59,538 bases of DNA. It comes from a virus. Taxonomy: Duplodnaviria; Caudoviricetes. Numbering within the stretch: the first letter of the stretch is position 1; every line of letters starts with the position of its first letter. Positions 1 through 9,090 of this stretch are shown piece after piece. The stretch spans positions 1-59,538 of IMG/VR virus record IMGVR_UViG_3300021964_000070; one strand, written 5' to 3'. The notes beneath the pieces are model-generated. The model was not told the origin of the DNA, made no database searches, and saw nothing but the letters and a program-made list of their open reading frames with translations. A program made the translations under genes and the position numbers.

Positions 1-127
1 CGAACAACCTGCGTCGTATCCCCCGCATCACTACTTGCTACGTCTAACTGAGCCGCAGGGCTAATCAACGGCAACGCATTTGTATTAGCAAGCTCCCACG
101 GCGTTCTATACGAAGTTCCTATGGATG
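1..127. repeat. Terminal overlap: exact copy of 59105-59231 (circular assembly junction)
   Basis: Base-by-base identity up to position 127; first mismatch 128 vs 59232; similarity continues imperfectly to ~250. Confidence 0.95.
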
Positions 128-242
128 AATTAAAACCAAAAATATTTCGTACAGAATGGTACGTTATTTGGCCTCTGGCAATTTGAAGCTCAAACGGCTC
201 CGAAGTCCCTACGCGAGTGATAGAGCTTACTTCTCGTGCCAT
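1..242 (-). CDS. 5' part of virion structural protein, allele of 58609..59346 (truncated by window edge)
   Basis: Reads MAREVSSITRVGTSEPFELQIARGQ..., nearly identical to 58609..59346; GGAGG RBS upstream. Confidence 0.85.
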   Translation of the reverse strand, partial: MAREVSSITRVGTSEPFELQIARGQITYHSVRNIFGFNSSIGTSYRTPWELANTNALPLISPAAQLDVASSDAGDTTQVV

Positions 243-254
243 TTGAGCCTCCGT

Positions 255-527
255 TTAGTTGTAGAAAACAGTCACTGCGGTGCAGGCAGTAAAGGTTGAC
301 ACATAAATGTCTGATACCCGTATGCCCTCCGCTGGAATGTTTACTGAGTGTGAGTCAGACGCAAGAAAGTCCAAATCAAGCACTGTTTCGCCACCATTAC
401 CATCGGTAATAGTTAAACGAGGAGTACCTGTTGTGGTCAAAACCTGTATCTGACGAATACGCGCAGGTCCGACACCGGCAGAGCCAGTGGCAGCTAAACG
501 CTTTGCTTTTACGTCAGAACCGGCCAT
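255..527 (-). CDS. Small beta-rich virion protein (putative capsid decoration)
   Basis: 90 aa ORF, GGAGG RBS, lies downstream of capsid gene; homologous partial ORF at 59359-59538. Confidence 0.65.
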   Translation of the reverse strand: MAGSDVKAKRLAATGSAGVGPARIRQIQVLTTTGTPRLTITDGNGGETVLDLDFLASDSHSVNIPAEGIRVSDIYVSTFTACTAVTVFYN

Positions 528-539
528 AAGTGCCTCCTA

Positions 540-749
540 TTAGCTAAGAGCCGCACCCACAGCAGTTACCCAAGCGGACCCATCGCTAACAACAATGCAA
601 TATTCATCGTCAGCGGCACCGTTATCGCTAATAACGTATATAGTCCCGGCTGGAACGCCAGAGGCTGAAGGGAGGTCTGCGGTTAATACAACGGGCGCAA
701 TAAACCCCGCATCTGATTTTACCGGACCAGAAAAAGTAGAACGAGCCAT
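540..749 (-). CDS. Small putative capsid-associated/head fibre protein
   Basis: MARSTFSGPVKS N-terminus, AGGAG RBS, immediately after the major capsid gene. Confidence 0.6.
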   Translation of the reverse strand: MARSTFSGPVKSDAGFIAPVVLTADLPSASGVPAGTIYVISDNGAADDEYCIVVSDGSAWVTAVGAALS

Positions 750-754
750 GTCAA

Positions 755-800
755 TCTCCTGTCGTGGCTAGTGTCAGCCGCCCCATGCGGCTGTCAGGGA
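755..800 (-). promoter_or_regulatory. Structured 5' leader (hairpin CAGCCGC-ATGGG-GCGGCTG) upstream of 540..749
   Basis: Inverted repeat directly visible; flanking CCTG could pair with the CAGG of the RBS. Confidence 0.4.
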
Positions 801-816
801 TAAGTAATTATACAAT

Positions 817-844
817 AAAAAAGGGCGGCATGGAAGCCGCCCTT
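817..844 (-). terminator. Intrinsic terminator after major capsid gene
   Basis: AAGGGCGGC-TTCCAT-GCCGCCCTT followed by T-tract. Confidence 0.85.
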
Positions 845-865
845 AGTAAAGAAGTTTTTAAAAGC

Positions 866-1774
866 TTATGCGCCCTCTGTACCGAACACACAACGCCAGT
901 CGGAAACACCGAAGCTGTAGCGCTCACGAGCCTTAAAGCGCATATTTCCGGTGTCAAAATCACCTTCCATAGCGGTCTTAATAGGCGCACGGTTGAAATA
1001 TTTGAAACCGTTTGGAGCGTCTGTCTTAATGAAGAACGCATCAGTATCTACCAAGAAGTGGTTTACAACCGCCCCTTCTGGAAGCATACCCATGTTCTTC
1101 ATAGCGTTTGCATCGTTGTCTGCTGTGCCCGGACGTAGGTTTGAGTTAAGCACCCGCTCCGCAATAAATTGCGACTCTTTCGGGATAATCAACTTTGTGC
1201 CACGAACAGCAATCTTCAGACCACGTTCATCTGTCAAGCCAGCAATGTCGATCAGCATCTGTTCGAGAGAAGTCTCGTTCAGGTCTGCGGCAACAGTCAG
1301 CTTGTTACGCTGGTTACCTGACAGTGATGGGTGAGCAGTTGAACAAAGTGCAGCGCCGTCACCAATTGCAGAAGCACCGGCTGTGAACGCATTGTTCAAA
1401 ATAGACGCAGCTTTAATCTGCTTTGTCTGAGCCATTGAACGAGCCAGAGCCTTGGTGTAACGAGATGCCAGACGGTCATACAGGTTATCTTCGATAGCTT
1501 CTTCAGTGATTGAGAAAGCCAGAGCGATTGTTTCATGTGTGTACCGTGCAGTGTATGTCTCTTGAGCATCGTCAAAGTTGATGGCAGTGCCTTCACCTTT
1601 AACAGGAGCTGTTGAGAAGCCACCAAGCATCACCTCTTCTTCAAAGGCTCTATCTGAGCTTTCTTCATCGAAGATTTCAGCGTGTTCATTTTCGTAGCGA
1701 TTGTACTCAAGACCGAACAAAGCATTTAGGCCGGGCTCTAGCTCTTTCGCTAATTGTGCGCGAGAAATAGCCAT
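866..1774 (-). CDS. Major capsid protein (HK97 fold, Mu gpT-like family)
   Basis: 302 aa; MAISRAQLAKELEPGL...KARERYSFGVSDWR motifs typical of this phage group; downstream of scaffold; strong RBS. Confidence 0.9.
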   Translation of the reverse strand: MAISRAQLAKELEPGLNALFGLEYNRYENEHAEIFDEESSDRAFEEEVMLGGFSTAPVKGEGTAINFDDAQETYTARYTHETIALAFSITEEAIEDNLYDRLASRYTKALARSMAQTKQIKAASILNNAFTAGASAIGDGAALCSTAHPSLSGNQRNKLTVAADLNETSLEQMLIDIAGLTDERGLKIAVRGTKLIIPKESQFIAERVLNSNLRPGTADNDANAMKNMGMLPEGAVVNHFLVDTDAFFIKTDAPNGFKYFNRAPIKTAMEGDFDTGNMRFKARERYSFGVSDWRCVFGTEGA

Positions 1775-1788
1775 TGTCTATCCCCTCC

Positions 1789-2436
1789 TTATATGCCAGT
1801 GCTGGCTGCTGTAGTCTGAGAGTCAGAGCTAGAGCAGGGCGCATTGTGGTGGAAATTAAACCGAACTACGTAGTTCACGCCAGCAGCATCATAGTCCAAG
1901 TTTGCTTCGTCGCCAGTTAGGCCAACTACGCGCATGAACAATGTTGCGGTTGTCGCTACGGTTGAAATGTCAAGTTCGGCGGTTGAACGGCCATTAGCCG
2001 TTGAGCCAGAAGTTGCGGTTGCCAAAGATGCGTTAGCGAACAAGTTTGACAGTGCAGTTGCACGGTCGGTTGAACTATCATCAGCAGCTACCATGAACAA
2101 CTGGTTTGGATTGTCAGCTACAAACGCCTTTACAGGGTGGTTTGTATCAACACTTACACTGGCCGAACCGGGCCAGTAGTTTTTCCAAACAGTCTTTCCT
2201 GTAGAACTATCTACGTACTCAATGCCCATTAGGACCCCAAGAGCAGGAACTGTGCCACCATCTGCCGCACCAACAATGTCGATAGTACCAGCCGCCAGAG
2301 GAATTACTGGGGAATACTGGTAAATCGCGTTAGTGTTGTTTGATGCAATCTCATATTGAGTTACACCAGTGGTATTAGCACCCGCGCCATTAAGTCCGAT
2401 AGGGCGAAGACCAAAGGCAGTATCTTGATTTGCCAT
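1789..2436 (-). CDS. Capsid decoration/minor capsid protein
   Basis: MANQDTAFGLRP N-terminus; Gly/Ala/Thr-rich; directly upstream of the capsid gene. Confidence 0.65.
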   Translation of the reverse strand: MANQDTAFGLRPIGLNGAGANTTGVTQYEIASNNTNAIYQYSPVIPLAAGTIDIVGAADGGTVPALGVLMGIEYVDSSTGKTVWKNYWPGSASVSVDTNHPVKAFVADNPNQLFMVAADDSSTDRATALSNLFANASLATATSGSTANGRSTAELDISTVATTATLFMRVVGLTGDEANLDYDAAGVNYVVRFNFHHNAPCSSSDSQTTAASTGI

Positions 2437-2463
2437 TTTTCTTTCTCCTAATCAGGACGGTCC

Positions 2464-2931
2464 TTACTTTTGTGGACCGCCAAAAGTTACACGAGACTGA
2501 CGGTCAGGCTTGCTGATCGTCATAGTTGAATGAGCGTTCTCTCTCATCATATCGTGGTCCACAGCCTGCATTTGGTCAGAATTTCTCTGTGAGAAATACT
2601 CTGCCCGCTCTGCTACTGTTTCTAACGGTATCCGAGCTAGAATAAGTCCACCTACCCCAAACACACCTTCATATTTTCCTGAGTCAACTACCGGGGCCTC
2701 AAAATCAGGATACTCATCCTTACGGACCAGTTCCCAACCTTCGCGCATTTTTGCGCTGATGTTTTTAGTATCGTCAAAACCACGGGTTTCGGCCCGGATC
2801 CAACGATGCTTAAAACCATCCGGTGCAGGAGGTGCATCTAACATTGATGGGGGAGCCCACGGCTTACGTCTTGCCGTCTTTTCCCTTGTTTGTGTTGCGC
2901 GAGAAGCTCGATTAATGGTCTGCTCAGTCAT
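2464..2931 (-). CDS. Conserved head-module protein
   Basis: 155 aa ORF between scaffold and capsid genes, with RBS. Confidence 0.6.
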   Translation of the reverse strand: MTEQTINRASRATQTREKTARRKPWAPPSMLDAPPAPDGFKHRWIRAETRGFDDTKNISAKMREGWELVRKDEYPDFEAPVVDSGKYEGVFGVGGLILARIPLETVAERAEYFSQRNSDQMQAVDHDMMRENAHSTMTISKPDRQSRVTFGGPQK

Positions 2932-2937
2932 TTTTTC

Positions 2938-3810
2938 TTACTCCTTCACGTATTTCGCGTATTCTTCAAGCGGCACACCCAATTTCTTCGCTATCGCGAC
3001 TTGGCTAGGGGTGAGTCTAACCTTTTTCCCACTACTGCGCCCAGAGGTATTGCGGGATACTGAAGCAACCGTCTGAGCGGGTCGTCTGCTTCCACCGTTA
3101 TTTAACTTATGGGGGAACTCTTCTCCCATACGTCTATCCAGTTCAGTATAATACTCATCGCTCGTCGGGTCAAACCCTTCGTTCTCAATAAGTTTTTTAT
3201 GAATACCAAAAGCCGCATACGTCATGGCTTCATCATCGCCAAACCAAGCGTTTCTTTGCGCCCACTGTTCTGCTTTAGGGTCTGGCCTACGCGGCTGTTG
3301 TTGCGGCATAGGTTGTTGAACCTGCTGCTGTTTTTGAGCCTGCGCCTGTTGAGCATACCGCTCTTGCTGAATTTTAGCCTGCTTTGCGCGGTCGTTTTCA
3401 ATAGCTAAACCCGTGATTTTGCGCTGGGCTTCAATGACGCCATTGGTGTCGCCCATTTCAATAGCACGAGCCAGTTCTTGCTCCGCAGTGGTCATTTGCG
3501 TTTCGACACGGTTGCTATATTCATTAACATAGCTGGAGTCCAAAGCATCCATCCGGGCCTTTAGCTGTTGCGCTTCAGATTGAACACCTTGAGCATACCG
3601 CAACGCCTCTTCGCGCTGGCGCTCTGCTTCACGCATTTTCTTTGTTAAGCGGTCAATACGCTTCTGCGTGGCATTTTCCGCTTTATCAAAATTATCATCG
3701 TCAGCGGCGGCCTCTACAGCCTCTTCCGCTTCCGCTTGAGCCTCGACCTCAACTTCGGCCTCTTGCCCATCCTCCAAATCAAATTCGATTTGGTCCTTTT
3801 CTTCTGCCAT
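2938..3810 (-). CDS. Capsid scaffolding protein
   Basis: Acidic coiled-coil; C-terminal LTPSQVAIAKKLGVPLEEYAKY helix-turn-helix-like tail; position upstream of capsid. Confidence 0.75.
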   Translation of the reverse strand: MAEEKDQIEFDLEDGQEAEVEVEAQAEAEEAVEAAADDDNFDKAENATQKRIDRLTKKMREAERQREEALRYAQGVQSEAQQLKARMDALDSSYVNEYSNRVETQMTTAEQELARAIEMGDTNGVIEAQRKITGLAIENDRAKQAKIQQERYAQQAQAQKQQQVQQPMPQQQPRRPDPKAEQWAQRNAWFGDDEAMTYAAFGIHKKLIENEGFDPTSDEYYTELDRRMGEEFPHKLNNGGSRRPAQTVASVSRNTSGRSSGKKVRLTPSQVAIAKKLGVPLEEYAKYVKE

Positions 3811-3819
3811 TATTCTCTC

Positions 3820-4272
3820 CTAGAAATGCAAAATATCTTCAGGTTCCATAATCCGAGCCAAAATTTCGTCATCATTCAAAATTCTGACCTCACCCCCGTC
3901 AATTTTAAAACGAGAGCCAGCATAACGGGCAAACATCACCCAGTTACCCTGTTCACACCACGCCCCATTCGGGAACTTTTCAGTGTCTTTATAGGCAAGA
4001 GGCCCTACTTTAAGGACATAGCCAACCTGTGTGGAAACTGTCTGCTCTTCCACAACCTTATCCGGCAAATATATGCCGCCATCGGTTTTGCCCTTCCCAC
4101 GATAGGGAAGAATAAGCAGACGCCAGCCCGTCGGGTCTGGCATTCTTTCTAAGAGAGAACCCCCAATAGCTTCGGGGTCTAACACTTTATCGGTTACATC
4201 TTTGTATGCTGATGCTAGGTTTGCGACACCCTCAGATGCACCTTCAATATCAAGTTTCTGCGCTTCAGTCAT
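3820..4272 (-). CDS. groES: Co-chaperonin GroES-like protein
   Basis: PTGWRLLI...KTDGGIYLP...GYVLKVGP...FARYAG...ILNDDEILA match the Cpn10 pattern. Confidence 0.9.
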   Translation of the reverse strand: MTEAQKLDIEGASEGVANLASAYKDVTDKVLDPEAIGGSLLERMPDPTGWRLLILPYRGKGKTDGGIYLPDKVVEEQTVSTQVGYVLKVGPLAYKDTEKFPNGAWCEQGNWVMFARYAGSRFKIDGGEVRILNDDEILARIMEPEDILHF

Positions 4273-4462
4273 TGCTTCGCTCCTGTTTATCTAGCAGGCT
4301 CTTGAGTTCCTGTTCCACGTGATCTAGGGCTTTTAAGTTCCCCATGAGCTCACGATACTGCTCCATGCTATTCACGTTGTCGTAAATCAACAGGTCGTAA
4401 ATAGCCTGACGCCGCTCTTTGATAATCCGAAAAACGGCCTCAGTAAAATAAATTTCATCCAC
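4265..4462 (-). CDS. Hypothetical protein
   Basis: 65 aa, GTG start, GGAGG RBS, coupled to groES. Confidence 0.65.
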   Translation of the reverse strand: MDEIYFTEAVFRIIKERRQAIYDLLIYDNVNSMEQYRELMGNLKALDHVEQELKSLLDKQERSND

Positions 4463-4494
4463 TCACATACCTCCGCATTAAGTCTGATATATTT

Positions 4495-5007
4495 TTATAC
4501 CATGTCTAATGCAAAGTCACGAGTTTCTTTTGCTCTTTTTAACCAACCTCGCCCAAATGTGCTGAAAGTTTTTAAACTTCTATAAAATTCCAACCGGGAT
4601 TTAGTGACGGCTTCGATGGTATCTTTAGGACCCTTCAATTGAACCGCAGCTATGGTCTTCGGGCCTATAACCCCATCCGGTGTTGCACCTACCGCTTCTT
4701 GCAAAGCTTTGGCCGCACGGCCCGGCCCGCTGTTCACGGCCCAGTCAAACACACAAAAATCCACGCCACTAGGCAACTCATCACCCTTTACCTTGTCCCA
4801 ATAACGCTTCTTATAAATAAGCTCAACGTGCTCGTCTGGTATGTTTTGGAGTTCACTAACATCTTCAAGTGGTCTTTCCAAAAACTCTGAATAAGTTTTA
4901 TGGGTTATACCCTTGTTAGTAGCCCCGCCGGGGTCTTCAGGGTGGTCTACAAAACCCCCTTCGTGCTCTAAAACTTTATCTAAACTTTTAAAAAAGTTAA
5001 CGTCCAT
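4495..5007 (-). CDS. Endolysin, glycoside hydrolase family 108 with C-terminal peptidoglycan-binding domain
   Basis: HEGG...DPGGATNKGIT, FDWAVNSG, DGVIGPKT, FGRGW motifs. Confidence 0.92.
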   Translation of the reverse strand: MDVNFFKSLDKVLEHEGGFVDHPEDPGGATNKGITHKTYSEFLERPLEDVSELQNIPDEHVELIYKKRYWDKVKGDELPSGVDFCVFDWAVNSGPGRAAKALQEAVGATPDGVIGPKTIAAVQLKGPKDTIEAVTKSRLEFYRSLKTFSTFGRGWLKRAKETRDFALDMV

Positions 5008-5402
5008 TATTTTGTAATACCTTTATACTTTTCGAACGACCTCATGCCGCCCAAGCCTAACATACCCAATAATATAGTCATTAAGCTATCCATATCAAAA
5101 GCAGGGTATGAAACAGGGTCATACCCAAGATAGGCACAAATTACATCCGCTGACGGAAATAAAATAAAATGCGCGAATAACGCAACGCCACACGTCCAGC
5201 CAATAAATGGCCTCCAACCGGCCACAAAAATGTTTCGGTGCTTCGCTTCTTCTGCGTTAATAGCCATTTGGCCTTTTGCCATTTCCAAAGCGTGTTTTTC
5301 TGCCATAGTGGCGATTTCATGCGCCAACTTATTTTTTTGGTCTTTGTCCTCTACAAACTTACCAATAAGCTCGGTAGCTGGACCAATCAGTGCTTGTATC
5401 AT
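5007..5402 (-). CDS. Holin (3TM GTA-holin-like)
   Basis: FVAGWRPFIGW and LLGMLGLGGMRSFEK motifs; adjacent to endolysin. Confidence 0.85.
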   Translation of the reverse strand: MIQALIGPATELIGKFVEDKDQKNKLAHEIATMAEKHALEMAKGQMAINAEEAKHRNIFVAGWRPFIGWTCGVALFAHFILFPSADVICAYLGYDPVSYPAFDMDSLMTILLGMLGLGGMRSFEKYKGITK

Positions 5403-5596
5403 TTTTCACTCGCATCATTGAGAAGTATTAATTCTAATCTTTGGATAGCCATCTTCATATCTTGAATGGCATCTTTATCAGCATGGCTAACTTGCATACC
5501 GTTGACTGCCAACGAAAGGTCATAGGTAGTCTTTAAGTTCCACCCAGCCAAAGCTATGATAAGAGCCATAAGGCCCGTAATAATTTGCTTTTCCAT
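5399..5596 (-). CDS. Small membrane-anchored protein (lysis module)
   Basis: N-terminal hydrophobic helix followed by coiled coil. Confidence 0.55.
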   Translation of the reverse strand: MEKQIITGLMALIIALAGWNLKTTYDLSLAVNGMQVSHADKDAIQDMKMAIQRLELILLNDASEK

Positions 5597-5800
5597 TTAC
5601 TTTTCATGTCCTAACCAGACGGCAAATGCACCGGTCATTGCGCCTGTAACTGTGGCTGTAAGGGCGGTGGCCTGTGAAGTCATGGCCTCTGGGGGAAGTG
5701 AAATAAACCATTCAATGACCCGAATATACATGAAAGTCATGGTAAACATCATAAAACGGGGCAGTATTTTCCAAGCAAAAAATCTTTCGGGTGTTACCAT
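5597..5800 (-). CDS. Two-TM membrane protein (lysis module)
   Basis: Start at MVTPERF coupled to upstream stop; two hydrophobic segments. Confidence 0.6.
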   Translation of the reverse strand: MVTPERFFAWKILPRFMMFTMTFMYIRVIEWFISLPPEAMTSQATALTATVTGAMTGAFAVWLGHEK

Positions 5801-6243
5801 TAGCTTAACCCTTTTAAATAAACTATCCATCGAATTAACGCCGTTGCAGCCCCTGTTACCATAAGCACCCCAACGCCTATTGCTATATACTCAAACATCT
5901 GTTTACGGCGTTGCACCGCCTGTTCCCGCGCCCGCTGACGTGCTACTCGCGCTTCAGCTTGAAATTTCTGCCAGTCCATCCAAAGTCCCGGCCTACCCGC
6001 ATATATCATAAGCTGCTTCAGCTCTTCTTCTTGCTGCTTCAGCTTCTCCAGATGCATGAACTCCTCTAAGTCACCTGAATGAAACGGATTTTTCTTCTTC
6101 TGTTCGCCCTTCCGTCTAAGGTCTTCCGTTGCGTTAACGTAATCTCCGACTTTATGAGCTACGTCAGCAAGTTCCCTACCATTTTGAATAGCGGTTTTAA
6201 TAACCGCAAAAGCCGCATTTGCTGCGGCAATTTCTGCTAACAT
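5800..6243 (-). CDS. Coiled-coil protein with C-terminal TM segment
   Basis: 147 aa ORF; hydrophobic C-terminus. Confidence 0.65.
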   Translation of the reverse strand: MLAEIAAANAAFAVIKTAIQNGRELADVAHKVGDYVNATEDLRRKGEQKKKNPFHSGDLEEFMHLEKLKQQEEELKQLMIYAGRPGLWMDWQKFQAEARVARQRAREQAVQRRKQMFEYIAIGVGVLMVTGAATALIRWIVYLKGLS

Positions 6244-6263
6244 TTAAGCCCCCAAGCTAAAAG

Positions 6264-6422
6264 CTATACGCCCCGTACTACGCCACCTTTCTTCATCTTT
6301 TTTGGTTTACCTGAATTAGACAAAGCAATGGCTATCGCTTGTTTTTGCGGATAGCCCTCACTTACTAATTTACTAATGTTGTCACTAACCGTTTTTTGGC
6401 TAGAGCCCTTTTTTAACGGCAT
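6264..6422 (-). CDS. Small basic protein (not in ORF track)
   Basis: Own translation: [52 protein letters not shown] (52 aa); TAATG-coupled to upstream gene. Confidence 0.8.
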   Translation of the reverse strand: MPLKKGSSQKTVSDNISKLVSEGYPQKQAIAIALSNSGKPKKMKKGGVVRGV

Positions 6423-6583
6423 TATTCACACCCCATGTAACTTCCGCCTTTTGTCGCGGCCCCCATGCCACGGGCAGTCATCTTTTTCATTTTGGTCGGG
6501 ACTTTCACGTCCTTAATTTTGCCATACTCTTCGGGCTTTGGGGCGGGGCCCGGAGTGTTTGTTACAATCTTTACTGAGCTCAT
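6422..6583 (-). CDS. Small basic protein
   Basis: Likely start MSSVKIVTN just after portal stop, with GAGGAG RBS. Confidence 0.7.
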   Translation of the reverse strand: MSSVKIVTNTPGPAPKPEEYGKIKDVKVPTKMKKMTARGMGAATKGGSYMGCE

Positions 6584-6584
6584 T

Positions 6585-9020
6585 TTAGTCTCCTCGCTGT
6601 TTAAGCATTTCACGTTCCATAGCAGACTGAATACGAGCCGCGGTCTGCCGCTCTTGGCTAGCCAGCCTCTGCTGGAACTGGTCCGCCCGCATCCGTTGGT
6701 TCTGAGCATCAAGGTTAAGCTTGGCCTGCTCCATCTGAGTATCGGCCTGTTCAGCCTGCGCCTTAATCTGTAGCTCCTGCTCTTTAAGCTGAACCAGTGG
6801 GTCAGGGCCTTGACCAGATACCTGCTGTGACATCTGCTTAACCATCTGCATACCTTCAGCGATATACTGCGCGGTTAAGCCCTCAAGCTGTAGCATCTCT
6901 TCCTCAGTAGCCGCCTCGCCGCCCGTGGCCTGACGGTTCTGAATAAACGCAACAGCCGCCTGTTCACGAGCCGCTATCTTAACGTGCTCCATAATGTGCT
7001 TTTGTAGCGCCATTGCTATAGCAGGCATACCGGCTACCATAGGGGTTGAACCAAACACCATGTGCGCCATAATATGCGCTTGGTGCTCCTGACCCTCAAA
7101 AGCTTTTAGCGGTATCATGTCCATAGCGTCGATGTTCTCTTGAGCCGGGTCTTTTGGCTCTGGCTCATCGTCAGGGATGCGCTTCATAATCCGATCCACG
7201 TCCCTTACGCCAAGCGCTTCGTACATATCCTGATACACTTCGTACATATTGTGTAGTTCAGGGGCCGCACCAGCTAGCTGTAATTTAGTCTGTGCCAAAG
7301 CAATGCGCTGGGCCTGACTAAATACATTCGGGTCAGAAATCGGAATCACGTCTACCCGGTCATCAAAGTCACTACGCATGACAGAAGCGTCTGCGCCTTC
7401 CACCGAATACGGATACTCCTGTGGCAGGCTCTCACTCATTACACGAGACAGGATTTTAAACTCCTGACGCATGGCATAGTGCAGGCGCTTATGAACCGCA
7501 CTCATTACACGAGAGCCCTGCTCCAACAACGCTATAGTTGTTCCAACCGCGGCCTGCTGGTTGCCGTCACCGACCTTCATGTCAGTAATCGTGGCAAACC
7601 TCTGGCCTGCATCGACCACGAAACCAAGCAGCGCAAATAGCGTCTGGTCGGGGCCTTTGAAGGGCAGCGGCATTAGGCTGTCACGGATAGCCCCTCCGGG
7701 TGCGTCCACGTCTCTGAACTCTCCGGGCTGAAGCGGGTCGTCATCATCACGGATACGCAATCCACGAGCTTTAAAGCCCGCAGGGAGGTTGGAAAGCGTA
7801 CCAGCATCAATTAACTGCCTCAGTGCCGCTGTGGCGGTCCGTGACAGTCCGCCAATGGTGTGGATTAGACCTAAACCGTAAAAACCAAATCCCGGAAGGA
7901 ACTTGAAATGTACAAAATACTGTATTTTACGCTTTAAATCATCCTCTTCACGATAGTTACGACGAATAGACAGAATTTGACCGTTATCTTGGCTAATTGT
8001 GACCACATAAGGCACCTTAATACCGGTAGGTTCGCCCTCGTCATCCGTATCTTCATAGCCTTCTAGGTCTAAATCAACGTGGCACTCAAGAATTGTGCAG
8101 TCATAATCAATTTGAGAGGGGGAAACACCGTCAATACGGTCAATTTCGCTCTCTACACTATCTAAATCTTCCTGTGCCGGTATAACATCTATGTCTAAAT
8201 AGAACCCTGCAACCTGCTTTTTCCGCAAATCGTTGAGAGACATACGGATAGATTGCGTAATATTAGGGCAAGTATCCAAATCAGACGTTTCATACGGCAC
8301 TACTAAGTTCTCAGCAGGGATGAACTTACTTACTGCACGGCCCATAGTCTCGTCATAGTAGACTTTCTTGAACGTACTACCCGCTAACGGCAAGTAAAAC
8401 AGCATTTGGTCCATATCTGGCGTGTAATCTTCCATCACCGTAGTGATGTAGTAGTTCATAAACTGCCTTACGCGCTGAGACTGAGCTTGTTTTTCAGTGG
8501 TTTCGCTTCCCATAACAGCAGTTCGCACTGGCCCGGTTGCTGGCAACAGCTCATTAAAAGCTTGGGCTTGGAACTGCGTAGCCGCTTCTGCAAGCAAGGG
8601 GTGGGTGACTCCTGACGCTCCGCGGAACGGTTGGGTTCTTTCTTCATAATTGAATCCCAGTAACTCCAAACCGTTAGCATAAGCATCTTCCCAATCCTGT
8701 CTACTTGCCTTATTTGCGTCATACTCCGCCAACAGCTCACCAGCAATGCGACTAAGTTCGCGGTCTGGCATCTCCTCTGCTAAGTTGGCATAAAAATCAT
8801 CGCCCTCACCGCGTTGGTCGGTTGGGTCAAAATCAATGGTTACCCCACCGTCTTCCTCCGGAGTAACCTCAATCTCCATGTTCTCTGCCGTGCCCTCAAA
8901 AGACACAACATTATCCATGCTGCCCGGAACTTCCAATTCTATTTCCGCAGCTAAATCTTCCATGTCGAGCTGAGAAGGGACGTTCTTGTCCACCATCCCA
9001 GCAATAGGTTCACGAGCCAT
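6585..9020 (-). CDS. Portal protein
   Basis: 811 aa; HPLLAEA, GSTFKKVYYD, PGFGFYGLG motifs; coiled-coil C-terminus; downstream of TerL. Confidence 0.9.
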   Translation of the reverse strand: MAREPIAGMVDKNVPSQLDMEDLAAEIELEVPGSMDNVVSFEGTAENMEIEVTPEEDGGVTIDFDPTDQRGEGDDFYANLAEEMPDRELSRIAGELLAEYDANKASRQDWEDAYANGLELLGFNYEERTQPFRGASGVTHPLLAEAATQFQAQAFNELLPATGPVRTAVMGSETTEKQAQSQRVRQFMNYYITTVMEDYTPDMDQMLFYLPLAGSTFKKVYYDETMGRAVSKFIPAENLVVPYETSDLDTCPNITQSIRMSLNDLRKKQVAGFYLDIDVIPAQEDLDSVESEIDRIDGVSPSQIDYDCTILECHVDLDLEGYEDTDDEGEPTGIKVPYVVTISQDNGQILSIRRNYREEDDLKRKIQYFVHFKFLPGFGFYGLGLIHTIGGLSRTATAALRQLIDAGTLSNLPAGFKARGLRIRDDDDPLQPGEFRDVDAPGGAIRDSLMPLPFKGPDQTLFALLGFVVDAGQRFATITDMKVGDGNQQAAVGTTIALLEQGSRVMSAVHKRLHYAMRQEFKILSRVMSESLPQEYPYSVEGADASVMRSDFDDRVDVIPISDPNVFSQAQRIALAQTKLQLAGAAPELHNMYEVYQDMYEALGVRDVDRIMKRIPDDEPEPKDPAQENIDAMDMIPLKAFEGQEHQAHIMAHMVFGSTPMVAGMPAIAMALQKHIMEHVKIAAREQAAVAFIQNRQATGGEAATEEEMLQLEGLTAQYIAEGMQMVKQMSQQVSGQGPDPLVQLKEQELQIKAQAEQADTQMEQAKLNLDAQNQRMRADQFQQRLASQERQTAARIQSAMEREMLKQRGD

Positions 9021-9090
9021 GTATATTCTCCTCTGTACCCTAACTTATCATAGAGCGGTTCATATTCCTAGTTCCGTGGTCCGCGGGCCA

